A stretch of DNA of 64,000 nt from Nitrosopumilus sp. (GTDB lineage: Archaea > Thermoproteota > Nitrososphaeria > Nitrososphaerales > Nitrosopumilaceae), in the NCBI GenBank assembly GCA_965206745.1, contig OZ242220.1:928001-992000 (forward strand), in the 5' to 3' direction. Below are positions 49,547-58,767 of the stretch, piece after piece (the first letter of the stretch is position 1; every line of letters begins with the position of its first letter). The position numbers were made by a program, and so were the translations under genes. The notes beneath the pieces are model-generated. The model had not been told where the DNA came from and ran no database searches. It saw only the letters and a program-made list of their open reading frames with translations.

Positions 49547-49956
49547 GCTGGTGTAAATCCTTGATATCCGCCTGTCTGTTGAGCTTTATCTTCAAAGCTT
49601 GGCTCAAATAATGAAATAAGATAGTCATCAGGATCTAAAATTACGGCATTTTTTCCTGCATCTTTTTCAACAATGTCGCGATGAATTGTGACTCCTTTTG
49701 CTCTTAGTTCTTCAACTGCAGACTTTACATCGCCGACAAGAAAACCTATGGTGATTCCGTTTTCAATGGAACTGCCAATATGTTGTGCCGTCAGCGATGC
49801 CGGATGCAAACTCAATAAAGCACCAGAAGTACCCAAATCAACCCAAGATCTTCTCTGATTCTTTATCGGAAGTCCGATGATTTCGTGGTAGAACTGGAGG
49901 GATTTATCAATGTCCTTTACAGCCAAAATTACATTGCCTACTTTTTTGATATTCAC
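49543..49956 (-). CDS. VOC/glyoxalase family protein
   Basis: LAVKDIDKSLQFY..IG, F.V.DV...L..KGV, DPD. Confidence 0.9.
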   Translation of the reverse strand: MNIKKVGNVILAVKDIDKSLQFYHEIIGLPIKNQRRSWVDLGTSGALLSLHPASLTAQHIGSSIENGITIGFLVGDVKSAVEELRAKGVTIHRDIVEKDAGKNAVILDPDDYLISLFEPSFEDKAQQTGGYQGFTPA

Positions 49957-49992
49957 AATAGCCGTATGTCAAAGTTCTTTAAATCAATTGCG

Positions 49993-50211
49993 TCACTGCA
50001 CTTCAACCATGGTTTCTGTCCTATCCACACCGGTGATCTTTTGAATTTGATTGGCCACCTCTTTGAGCAGAACCAGTTCTTTTACGTCAATTATGGCAAC
50101 TGCGTCAAATTGCCCGCTTGTCGGAAATGAATCCACTACAAAAGTAATTTTCTTTAATCTTGCAGCGATTAGCTTTTTAGGGGATTTTACCAAGATGATT
50201 GCCCTTACCAT
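49993..50211 (-). CDS. Stand-alone Lrp/AsnC ligand-binding domain
   Basis: SGQFDAVA...IQKITGVDRTET. Confidence 0.85.
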   Translation of the reverse strand: MVRAIILVKSPKKLIAARLKKITFVVDSFPTSGQFDAVAIIDVKELVLLKEVANQIQKITGVDRTETMVEVQ

Positions 50212-50444
50212 CCCATATTCACCTCCACCTCGATTAATGTCTCAGTCGTGACAATGTCTTTGATTTTTTTAAAATCTATCACCATGTTGTTTATCTCATC
50301 AATATTGCCTTGTAACAGCACACTGATGTCTGCTCTTCCCGTCACCACCATGATCTGTTTTATGATTCTGCGCTTTTTCTTTAAAATTCCCACAACAAAA
50401 TCCACTTTGCCCGGCTTGACAGTGATCAAACATAGTGCACGCAT
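50205..50444 (-). CDS. Stand-alone Lrp/AsnC ligand-binding domain
   Basis: LITVKPGK...VTGRADI...IVTTET. Confidence 0.85.
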   Translation of the reverse strand: MRALCLITVKPGKVDFVVGILKKKRRIIKQIMVVTGRADISVLLQGNIDEINNMVIDFKKIKDIVTTETLIEVEVNMGW

Positions 50445-50480
50445 GTTTAGTATAGAACATCGGATCGGATAAAGATTGCC

Positions 50481-50765
50481 CTAGTCAGATGCCTCTTGTG
50501 AACGTGCTTCTTCAAGATATGCCCGTCGCTCTTCGTTAATCCTTTCTTGATCGATTACAATATCATCATCAACTATGACAATGCCTGCATCTACGGACGG
50601 ATCGTTGAATTTTTTGCCCTTTGCTTTGGATTTTGTAGTTTTTGCCGATTTTGCCGACTTTGCAGTTTTTGTCGATTTTGCAGCCTTTATGGTTTTTCTT
50701 TTAGATGCATCTTTCTTTGCGGACTTTTTTTTCACAATTTCTTTTGGAGCTTTTTTTACAGCCAT
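50481..50765 (-). CDS. Lys/Ala-rich basic protein with acidic C-terminus
   Basis: AKS/TK repeats followed by EERRAYLEEARSQ. Confidence 0.75.
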   Translation of the reverse strand: MAVKKAPKEIVKKKSAKKDASKRKTIKAAKSTKTAKSAKSAKTTKSKAKGKKFNDPSVDAGIVIVDDDIVIDQERINEERRAYLEEARSQEASD

Positions 50766-50889
50766 GAATGTCGAAAATCTTGAGGTGGTAGTGGCTTTTA
50801 AAGATTATGCAGAATTGGCGGTGTAAAAATTGCCTTTAAATTTGCGATCAGACACATTCTGTGATCGTTATAGGCCAATATTTTATACC

Positions 50890-51199
50890 TCATCTTCATC
50901 ATCTGGGATTCGTTGCGTGAGGGAATTTCTGATCCAGATATTCTCAGATTCTGTTAAGATAGTGGAGTTTGGATCATAATTTTGGGTCAGGCTCGATTTG
51001 TTGGTGTTTTTGTAGCATATTGTGGATCCGACAAACAATGCAGTAAACATGTACTGCATTATGCTGTGGCGTTTAGAAAGATAAGCGGACAGATTCGTGG
51101 AAGTAAATCCATGAGAAGGATATCCAACTTTATGACCTGAATCCTGAATGAAGGGCACATGGAAAAAGCATCGTAGATGGGGTTATGGCTGAAATTTAG
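50890..51199 (+). mobile_element. Decayed IS66-family transposase, C-terminal relic
   Basis: Across stops and frameshifts: DLLVFL*HIVDPTNNA / VLHYAVAFRKISGQIRGSKSMRRISNFMT*IL / *RAHGKSI, resembling the IS66 PTNN.AER.LR..V..RK motif. Confidence 0.8.
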
Positions 51200-53442
51200 T
51201 AGATGTCCTCATGCGCAAGATTTCCATTTTTATCATAGAAAGATCTATGTGTACCATCTTCACGATAATGTAATTCTGATTTCAAAGTCCCATCTTCATA
51301 ATAATCCTTAAAAGATGCCCTTTTACCATTTTCATCATAATGTAATTCGGATTCCAAAGTTTCATCTTCATAATAAAGGTTCAAAGATTTCGATTCACCA
51401 TTTTCATGATATAGCGATTCGATGGATATTTGTCCATTCTCATGATAATCCACGTGAATTATGACTTTTCCATTCTCGTCAAGTCTATATTCCCTCCTTA
51501 TTTCTCCGTCCCCATAATATTCGATTTCAAACATTACATTTCCTCCCTCATAATATTGTCTTTCGCCATGTCCCTCAGACCCACCCTGTCTGCCATCATC
51601 ATAGTATTCTAACTGTTTTTTCAGCGTTCCATCGTCATAATATTCGTGATGTAATCTTATATTTCCATTTTCATGATACCATGTTTTAGGCTCATGGTTG
51701 GGTAATGTGTAACTATCCAATGGCGTAAGGGTACCATTTTCATCATAATCAAACACATATTGACCATCTTCATAATAATCCATTACACGATATATTTGTC
51801 CGTTAGCATCATAATCTATGTTTGATTTCTCATTTCCATTTTCATAATAGATTATTTCGTGGTAAAGGTAGCCATTCCTATCATATTCTTTGTAAAGTTT
51901 ATAATTCCCATTTTCATGATAATCCTTTAAAGATATCCTTTTACCAGTTTCATCATAATGTGATTCTGATTTCAAGATCCCATCTTCATAATATCTCTTA
52001 TCAAATTCCAATTTACGATTTTCATGATATATGGCTTCTGTACGTATTTGTCCATTCTCATAATAAGTTACATCAATTATGGGGGGCCCTTCATTCACAT
52101 CAAGTCTATATTCCCTCCTTATTTCTCCTCCCTCATAATACTGGATTTCAGACATTAGAGTTCCTTGCTCATAGTATTGTCTTTCGATATATCTGCCTGA
52201 CGTATCATGTCTGGCATCAGGATATTCTAATTGCTTTTTCATTGTTCCATCCTCATGATATTCTTCGTATAATTTCACATTTCCATTGCTCAAATACCAT
52301 GTTTTAGGCTCATGGTTGGATGATGGGGTGTAACTATATCCTAGCACAAGGTTGCCATTTTCATCATAAGAATGCAGATAGTGATCTTCATAATTACCCG
52401 TTGAAATATCTACTTTCCCATTAGAATTATAAGATATGTATGATCTCTCATCTCCATTTTCATGATAGAGTGTTTCTTTGGCGATGCTGCTATCCCTATC
52501 ATACTCTTTGTAAAATTTATAATTCCCATTTTCATGATATTGTATCTCTTTTTCTAGTTGTCCGTTCTCATGATATTCTATGAGTGTTGTACTTTGTCCA
52601 TTCTCATCATATTGATATTTTCCTTGCAGTTGTCCATTAGGGTAATACTCAACGTGTGACATCAATTGTCCATTGTCATACCATTGCTTTTCTACACTGA
52701 TAGTTTCACCATTATATTCTGTCTTCTTTTTCTTTTGTCCATCTTCATAATATTCTTCACGTATTTCCAAACTTCCATCCTCATAATACCATTCCATAGA
52801 TTCGTTGTTGGTTGATGACATGTCTGGGAAGTTGTTTGTTTGAGATACAGATACTACATTAAATTCCATGATAGAAGATGTAGCTGGCTGTACCGTTGGT
52901 TCTACTATTGGCTGTACAGCTGGCTGAGTGACAGGTTCTACGGCTGGCTGTACCGTTGGTTCTACTATTGGCTGGGTTACTGGCTGCACTATTGGCTGGG
53001 TTACTGGCTGCACTATTGGCTGGGTTACTGGCTGCACTATTGGCTGGGTTACTGGCTGCACTATTGGCTGGGTTACTGGCTGCACTATTGGCTGTACAGC
53101 TTTGGGCACGGTGACAAGTTCTAGTTTAGTTTCTGGCGATATTTTGTGTAATTTTAATTTGATTTTGACAAACTCAGATTTCACACCTTTATTCTCTGAT
53201 TCTAGACTGCTGATGACATCATCATCCCATAGTTTGTATTTTTGCATATAATTCTTGTATTCAGCCACATAATCTTCATATTTTTCCACATATTTTCGGT
53301 ATTCTTCTACATAGGCTTTGTATGATTGCACATAATCATCCCATCTCTGTATAATGTCGCCATAATTTTGAGCATAAGATGATCCTAGACCTGTTGAAGC
53401 AACTAGAATTAATGATATTGTTAACAGAATGATTTTATTCAA
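51196..53442 (-). CDS. Secreted MORN-variant (YwqK-like) repeat protein with coiled coil and Pro/Gln/Val/Thr linker
   Basis: Signal peptide; many YYE(D/N)G / YHENG repeats. Confidence 0.88.
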   Translation of the reverse strand: MNKIILLTISLILVASTGLGSSYAQNYGDIIQRWDDYVQSYKAYVEEYRKYVEKYEDYVAEYKNYMQKYKLWDDDVISSLESENKGVKSEFVKIKLKLHKISPETKLELVTVPKAVQPIVQPVTQPIVQPVTQPIVQPVTQPIVQPVTQPIVQPVTQPIVEPTVQPAVEPVTQPAVQPIVEPTVQPATSSIMEFNVVSVSQTNNFPDMSSTNNESMEWYYEDGSLEIREEYYEDGQKKKKTEYNGETISVEKQWYDNGQLMSHVEYYPNGQLQGKYQYDENGQSTTLIEYHENGQLEKEIQYHENGNYKFYKEYDRDSSIAKETLYHENGDERSYISYNSNGKVDISTGNYEDHYLHSYDENGNLVLGYSYTPSSNHEPKTWYLSNGNVKLYEEYHEDGTMKKQLEYPDARHDTSGRYIERQYYEQGTLMSEIQYYEGGEIRREYRLDVNEGPPIIDVTYYENGQIRTEAIYHENRKLEFDKRYYEDGILKSESHYDETGKRISLKDYHENGNYKLYKEYDRNGYLYHEIIYYENGNEKSNIDYDANGQIYRVMDYYEDGQYVFDYDENGTLTPLDSYTLPNHEPKTWYHENGNIRLHHEYYDDGTLKKQLEYYDDGRQGGSEGHGERQYYEGGNVMFEIEYYGDGEIRREYRLDENGKVIIHVDYHENGQISIESLYHENGESKSLNLYYEDETLESELHYDENGKRASFKDYYEDGTLKSELHYREDGTHRSFYDKNGNLAHEDIY
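52883..53094 (-). repeat. 24-bp coding tandem repeat (QPIVQPVT), about 5.5 perfect copies plus degenerate copies
   Basis: Unit ACTATTGGCTGGGTTACTGGCTGC from 52964. Confidence 0.92.
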
Positions 53443-53591
53443 TAAATTTGAATGGTATGTTGTATTAAAAGACTTGCGAAGTATTGAGACGTTCTTATGA
53501 GAAGTCTAGTCGGTTTTGAAAACAAGTTCTAATCTAGCTCCAGGGTTTGTGCTGTTAGTTCTCATTATGACAAACCTCGTTGTTTATTTCC

Positions 53592-53672
53592 TTACTCTAT
53601 TGCGATTGTATCAAGTTGTCTATTCTCATAACAAGTGATTTTTAATTTTGGTTGTCCGTTTTCATAATGGCC
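53592..53672 (-). pseudogene. Orphan MORN-repeat fragment
   Basis: Hand translation GHYENGQPKLKITCYENRQLDTIAIE*, with in-frame stops just upstream. Confidence 0.55.
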
Positions 53673-54063
53673 AAATTTTACTACCGATTATTTGGCCTCA
53701 CGGGATTTATCTGATTTTAGATGCCCAGTCTCATCTATGTGGAAATCATCAAAATTAGGTTATTTATGATCAAAATCTGATCAATATCTCGAAACGACCA
53801 GTCCGTTCAAGATGGAAAATACAGGGATACTGATTTCCCTCATACACCAACTTGATGAAAATGAGTGTTCCAGGCTATTTTTTCCACATCAAAGCACACA
53901 TTTACCAATCGCCAGCCAGTCATACTGCTAACTCGGATGATATGAGCCAAAAAAGTCACACATGTCTTTTACTCAAGGGCTTCAAGATACCGACTAGATC
54001 ACAGACAAATTCGGCCTGCAACCACCCCCATAAAATCCAGTAAAATCTCTTCTAGATGCAGAG

Positions 54064-54137
54064 TGCCGCGGGCATGATTTGAACAAGCGACAGCCCGGTC
54101 TTCAGCCGAGTGCTCTCCCAGGCTGAGCTACCGCGGC
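54064..54137 (-). tRNA. tRNA-Phe (GAA)
   Basis: GCCGCGG/CCGCGGC acceptor stem, CTGAAGA anticodon loop, TTCAAAT T-loop. Confidence 0.95.
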
Positions 54138-54166
54138 ACTTAGAAAAAATAAACCCTATTGAGGAA

Positions 54167-54718
54167 TTAAAGTTTGTCTTTTCGGATCTTCCAATGGATA
54201 TCCTCTCTGTTTCTCCGTTTATTGATTAAACGGCCCATTACGAAAAACAAGTCCGATAACCTATTGAGGTATTTGATGCAATTGGAGTTAATTTCGTCTT
54301 TTTCACTTAGTTTGACTGCTTGAGACTCTGCCCTCCTCACAACAGTCCTTGCATAATGCAATTGTGCGGCAGGGGGCTCCCCTCCAGGCAAAATGAAATT
54401 AGTTAACGCAGGCAACTCTGACTCGAAACTATCAATGTGTCGTTCCAATCTTTCTATCATCTCTAGAGAAACCCTGTTTCTTGTATCATTCAGATTGGGG
54501 TTTGAGAGATCCGCCCCAACTAGGAATAGGTCATTTTGAATCTCCGTTAAAACACCACTCACATCAGCATCCAGTGGATTTGCCAAGACCATGCCAAGGG
54601 CGGCATTTGCCTCATCTACCATGCCATACGAGGCAATTCTCGGATGGGACTTTTCAATTCTGTAATTTCCTTGCAAGTCTGTATTCCCATCATCACCTTT
54701 TTTGGTGTATATTTTCAT
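54167..54718 (-). CDS. PduO-type ATP:cob(I)alamin adenosyltransferase
   Basis: KIYTKKGDDG, YGMVDEAN, FILPGG, RTVVRRAE, YLNRLSD. Confidence 0.95.
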   Translation of the reverse strand: MKIYTKKGDDGNTDLQGNYRIEKSHPRIASYGMVDEANAALGMVLANPLDADVSGVLTEIQNDLFLVGADLSNPNLNDTRNRVSLEMIERLERHIDSFESELPALTNFILPGGEPPAAQLHYARTVVRRAESQAVKLSEKDEINSNCIKYLNRLSDLFFVMGRLINKRRNREDIHWKIRKDKL

Positions 54719-54807
54719 AATTTTATTGTTTTAGGATTGCTATTATGTTATTCGGAATCAAAGTATATGAAAATTCATTAGGAGACGGTTCTATATGTAA
54801 TGTAGAT

Positions 54808-55341
54808 ATGATAACAGATTTTTTTAAAACTGCAATTAATCTGAAAAAGGTCCAAAGGCAGGGATGGATCAACAGACTATCCATAGATGGTGTCGAATCT
54901 GTTGCAGATCACTCCTACTCCATGGCCGTAATGGGGATGGTCATATCTGACCTGGAAGATTGTGATTCTGAAAAAATACTCAAAATGATACTGCTGCATG
55001 ATTTAGCAGAATCCAAGATAGGGGATTACACCCCTGGTCAAATCGCGCCCGAAAGGAAGAAAGAGCTGGAAAATGATGCCTTTATCGAAATTCTGTCAAG
55101 TCTGCCTGATTCAATAAAATCACAATATGGGGAGATTTGGCAAGAATATCAAAGCAAGAGTTCCCACGAATCCCTAGTGGTACACGAATTAGACCTGCTA
55201 GAGATGGCACTGCAGGCCAAATCATATCAGACAGAGGGGCACTCCAAAGAAAAGTTGGAACTCTTTTTTGAATCTGCAAAAAACGGCATCAACAGTCCGA
55301 AATTAAAAGAGATATTTAGAAACATTATGGCTGATAAATAA
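54808..55341 (+). CDS. HD-domain phosphohydrolase (YfbR/HDDC2-like)
   Basis: LKKVQRQGW, ESVADHS, LLHDLAES..GD. Confidence 0.9.
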   Translation: MITDFFKTAINLKKVQRQGWINRLSIDGVESVADHSYSMAVMGMVISDLEDCDSEKILKMILLHDLAESKIGDYTPGQIAPERKKELENDAFIEILSSLPDSIKSQYGEIWQEYQSKSSHESLVVHELDLLEMALQAKSYQTEGHSKEKLELFFESAKNGINSPKLKEIFRNIMADK

Positions 55342-55568
55342 TGGCATCAGAATCTGAAAAAGATGAATTAATTGATGCCCAAAAACAGGTGATAGGGATC
55401 TTGTTTGAGGTGATTAAAAGACTGCAGGCAAACAATGATCTGGATGAAGAATACTTTCAAATCATATCCAGTGATACTCAAAACGATTCCCGCATTAGAG
55501 AGATAACAGATGAGAGGACAGAAAATGCCAAGATTGTAGGCAGATTGCTAGAGCAGTTGAAGACCTAA
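55341..55568 (+). CDS. Hypothetical protein
   Basis: Coupled to the HD gene. Confidence 0.75.
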   Translation: MASESEKDELIDAQKQVIGILFEVIKRLQANNDLDEEYFQIISSDTQNDSRIREITDERTENAKIVGRLLEQLKT

Positions 55569-55570
55569 TT

Positions 55571-55864
55571 TTAGCAACCGCAGTCATCATCGGAGATAAT
55601 CCTCAGATGTGCTGTCTGCTGGTACTTGTCTTGAACATAGTTTGCAAGATTTACGATTCTGATTCTAGGCTCCCTAGTTGTCCAGTTCCCCTCATTCTCA
55701 AACCAAAACTCTATCTCATCAAGGTCGTACCGCTCATTTTTTTCAACAAGTTCCTTGAAAATTGACTTGATTTGATCAGTCTCTGATTCTGAAAGTCGGG
55801 ATTTATCCTCAACCATCGTGGTAATCTCGTTTAACTTGATTATGACGTTGTTTGTTAGGGGCAT
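55571..55864 (-). CDS. Hypothetical protein ending in CGC
   Basis: ORF track. Confidence 0.75.
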   Translation of the reverse strand: MPLTNNVIIKLNEITTMVEDKSRLSESETDQIKSIFKELVEKNERYDLDEIEFWFENEGNWTTREPRIRIVNLANYVQDKYQQTAHLRIISDDDCGC

Positions 55865-55937
55865 GCCTCTCTAACTTGAGGATTCTATACAAGTCTTTAG
55901 AGGCAAAATTGTTATAGCAACTGCGTCATTGTGAATT

Positions 55938-56285
55938 ATGCAGTATTTTCAGGCTTTAAAATTGGGCCAGAAAAGGGTGGCAGAGGCCAGAGAGTACCTC
56001 AACACTTTGACAAACGGTAAGGCGATGCCTGCGTTGGCTTTGACAGATACAAAATCCAACGTGTGGGCCCCAGTAGGCGAGGAGAATCTCTATGCATTTG
56101 TAGATGAATCTGCCGGTTTTGTACTGACAGATAGTAGCGGATACATTCTTGCATTGGTGGATAAAACAGGATCCTCGAAAACAATAGTTCAAGGCGTGAC
56201 TAGCAAGCAAAAAGAGATACTGGAAAAGGCACTCCAAAGGGACAATATACCAAAATTCGAAGGCAAGGTAATCCTGCCTGTGTAG
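55938..56285 (+). CDS. Hypothetical protein
   Basis: ORF track. Confidence 0.75.
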   Translation: MQYFQALKLGQKRVAEAREYLNTLTNGKAMPALALTDTKSNVWAPVGEENLYAFVDESAGFVLTDSSGYILALVDKTGSSKTIVQGVTSKQKEILEKALQRDNIPKFEGKVILPV

Positions 56286-56336
56286 GCTCAGAAAAAAAAC
56301 GTAAGCTTTAGTTATGATATAGTTTATCAGTATTAA

Positions 56337-57560
56337 ATGAACAAATTTTCTCAAGAAATTGAGGTTGAAGGTCATCTCATCGACTCTTCAATTTTGACTA
56401 AGATCTTTGATAAAATAATGGATTTGAAGGGAGAGTTTGAGGTACAAGAGATACAGATAGGCAAAAAGAAGAAGGAGCAGTCATTTGCACGGCTATCAAT
56501 TACGGGGAAAAACCAAAGACACCTGGATGAAATTTTAGAGACAGTCTACAGGCTAGGGGCCGTATCAAAGATACAACAGCAGATCACTCTGAAAAAATCC
56601 CCAAAAAAATTTGTAATGCCTGATAATTTTTACAGTACGACAAATAACCAGACACAGGTTTTTCATAACGGAAGATGGATCCCAGTCGAGAACATGATGA
56701 TGGATAAATGCATAGTGGTTAAAGGAAGCAGGGCATTTTGTGTTCCAGTCAGGGACGTGAAAAAAAATGATCAAATCATCGTGGGCGAAAAAGGAATCAA
56801 AATTACCCCACCTGAACGCCCAAGGGATGGCGTCAATGTCTTTGAATTCATGGCAAGCTCAAGCTCCAGCGAAAGACCAACGCAGCACATTGCAAAGCAG
56901 GTTGCAGACGATATTTACAATACAAAAAAGAGGGGCGGAAAGATTGTGATAGTTGGCGGTCCTGCAATTGTCCACACGGGTGCTGATGATTCCGTATCAG
57001 AATTGATACGGCTAGGGTATGTCGACGGAGTCTTGGCTGGAAATGCGCTAGCCGTCCATGATATTGAATATGCCACGCTAGGCACGTCCCTAGGAATGAA
57101 TGTGCATGATGCCACGCTGGCATACCACGGTCACAGAAACCATATGGATACCATCAATGCGGTATTCAAAGCAGGCTCCATTGCCAACATGGTCAAAACC
57201 AAGAAGCTGACCAAGGGGATCATGTACGAGTGCGTGAAAAACAAAATTCCATTTGTACTGGCCGGTTCCATCAGAGACGATGGTCCGCTGCCTGATGTAA
57301 TTACGGATGTCGCCGAAGCTCAAAGAGAGTACAAAAAGGTGCTAAAGGATGCAAGCATGGTAATAATGATTTCAACTATGCTTCATTCAATTGCAACTGG
57401 AAACATGCTTCCGGCAAATGTCAAAGTCATCGTGGTCGATATCAGCCAGCCTACAGTTACCAAGCTAATGGATAGGGGCACGTGGCAAGCCCTGGGAATA
57501 GTATCTGACGTGGGGGCCTTTTTGCCAATGGTCGCACAGCAGATTAGGAAAAAAAAGTAA
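56337..57560 (+). CDS. TIGR00300 / LOR-SDH-domain protein (ornithine cyclodeaminase-like)
   Basis: EGHLIDS, PDNFYSTTN, GPAIVHTG, AGNALAVHDIE, LAGSIRDDGPLP. Confidence 0.9.
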   Translation: MNKFSQEIEVEGHLIDSSILTKIFDKIMDLKGEFEVQEIQIGKKKKEQSFARLSITGKNQRHLDEILETVYRLGAVSKIQQQITLKKSPKKFVMPDNFYSTTNNQTQVFHNGRWIPVENMMMDKCIVVKGSRAFCVPVRDVKKNDQIIVGEKGIKITPPERPRDGVNVFEFMASSSSSERPTQHIAKQVADDIYNTKKRGGKIVIVGGPAIVHTGADDSVSELIRLGYVDGVLAGNALAVHDIEYATLGTSLGMNVHDATLAYHGHRNHMDTINAVFKAGSIANMVKTKKLTKGIMYECVKNKIPFVLAGSIRDDGPLPDVITDVAEAQREYKKVLKDASMVIMISTMLHSIATGNMLPANVKVIVVDISQPTVTKLMDRGTWQALGIVSDVGAFLPMVAQQIRKKK

Positions 57561-57706
57561 CCAGGACACATGCAATAGCTGCAATCTGCCAAAAGGGCAA
57601 CCAGATGGGCTTTGCCAATATGGTCTGCCTCATTTTTGTAACTTGGCCAGTCTCCCTGCTGAAAGCACGATGAAAAGCAAGAACTTGTCTGGCATCTCTT
57701 GATTGC

Positions 57707-58399
57707 CTATCTCTGATTGTTTTTTACAGATCTTCGAGCTTCGATATATGTATAGGACAAAATCCCCACAATCTCCATGGATTCAATCAAAAATACGGTG
57801 GTAAAATGAAGTGCCCAGCCACCTGTCAAATCATCTGCTAGGGAGACATATGCAGCCCAAGAGACGGGATCAAGTATGGGCATAAAGAATACTGCAGTGA
57901 AACCTGTGATTATTGTTTCAGGCGGTATCTTTGCATATTGGTCTAGTATCAGGTCTGGTTCTAATGTGTCCTGGGATGATAGCATGCCTAATATCTCTTG
58001 AAGTGGCTCCAACCCCTCCACATTCTGTAAATCAGTCGGATTGGATATCAAATGGATCACTTTTTCATTTGACTGGGCAAGGTTGATGCCAAACACCACA
58101 GAGGCGTTAAGATAGATCATCATGCCAATCATAAAATAGCTAAAGATTCTTCGTTTACCCTTGTGTACGCGCGTTATTGACTTCCAATAGGTCCGTCCAA
58201 ACCAGCCCAACTTGTTCTTCTTTGACAATATGACAAGGGTGATGACAATAATGGAGATTAATCCAAACGAGCCAAACCAATTATCAGATATTAAATTATA
58301 AAATATCAGACGCACAGGCAAAAAGATCCCCACCATCACAATCACCACTACAAGATCTTCAAAGATGCTTTTGATTTTGGACACTAGTTGCAGATTCAT
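57707..58399 (-). CDS. Hypothetical multi-TM membrane protein
   Basis: Several hydrophobic helices. Confidence 0.7.
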   Translation of the reverse strand: MNLQLVSKIKSIFEDLVVVIVMVGIFLPVRLIFYNLISDNWFGSFGLISIIVITLVILSKKNKLGWFGRTYWKSITRVHKGKRRIFSYFMIGMMIYLNASVVFGINLAQSNEKVIHLISNPTDLQNVEGLEPLQEILGMLSSQDTLEPDLILDQYAKIPPETIITGFTAVFFMPILDPVSWAAYVSLADDLTGGWALHFTTVFLIESMEIVGILSYTYIEARRSVKNNQR

Positions 58400-58767
58400 T
58401 TTTAATTATTTCCTGTGTTAATCATACTTGCTGTATTTTGTACATCCCAAAATATGCCGGATAGAGGGACAGCAAATATTGCCCGGTTCACAACAAAACA
58501 TCATCTGATATCCTACTAAATGTATTGCAAAATCCCATGCCCTGCCTGCTTTACTGCCTGTTTGAAATAGAGGACAGTTCTGATATTGCCCAAAATATAA
58601 TGGGAGATTCTCAGATCAGGTTGCTGTCTATAGTCATTTACGAGATAGACATGCAGACAAAAGGTAGATTTTGCTAGAGAAGTACAATCTGGAGGAGGAT
58701 AATCTGTACAAAAGAGACAGTCAGAGAAAAGAGTTATTTCAGAAGGGTTCTCAGAATCAAGATTGGG

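Noticed and set aside
50845-50867. CGATCA-N11-TGATCG and scattered intergenic CGATCA hexamers
   Set aside because: Short motif with inconsistent spacing; cannot be separated from background without counting
50883-51158. 91-aa minus-strand ORF (and 53852-54043 on the plus strand)
   Set aside because: Better explained as antisense to IS66 relics
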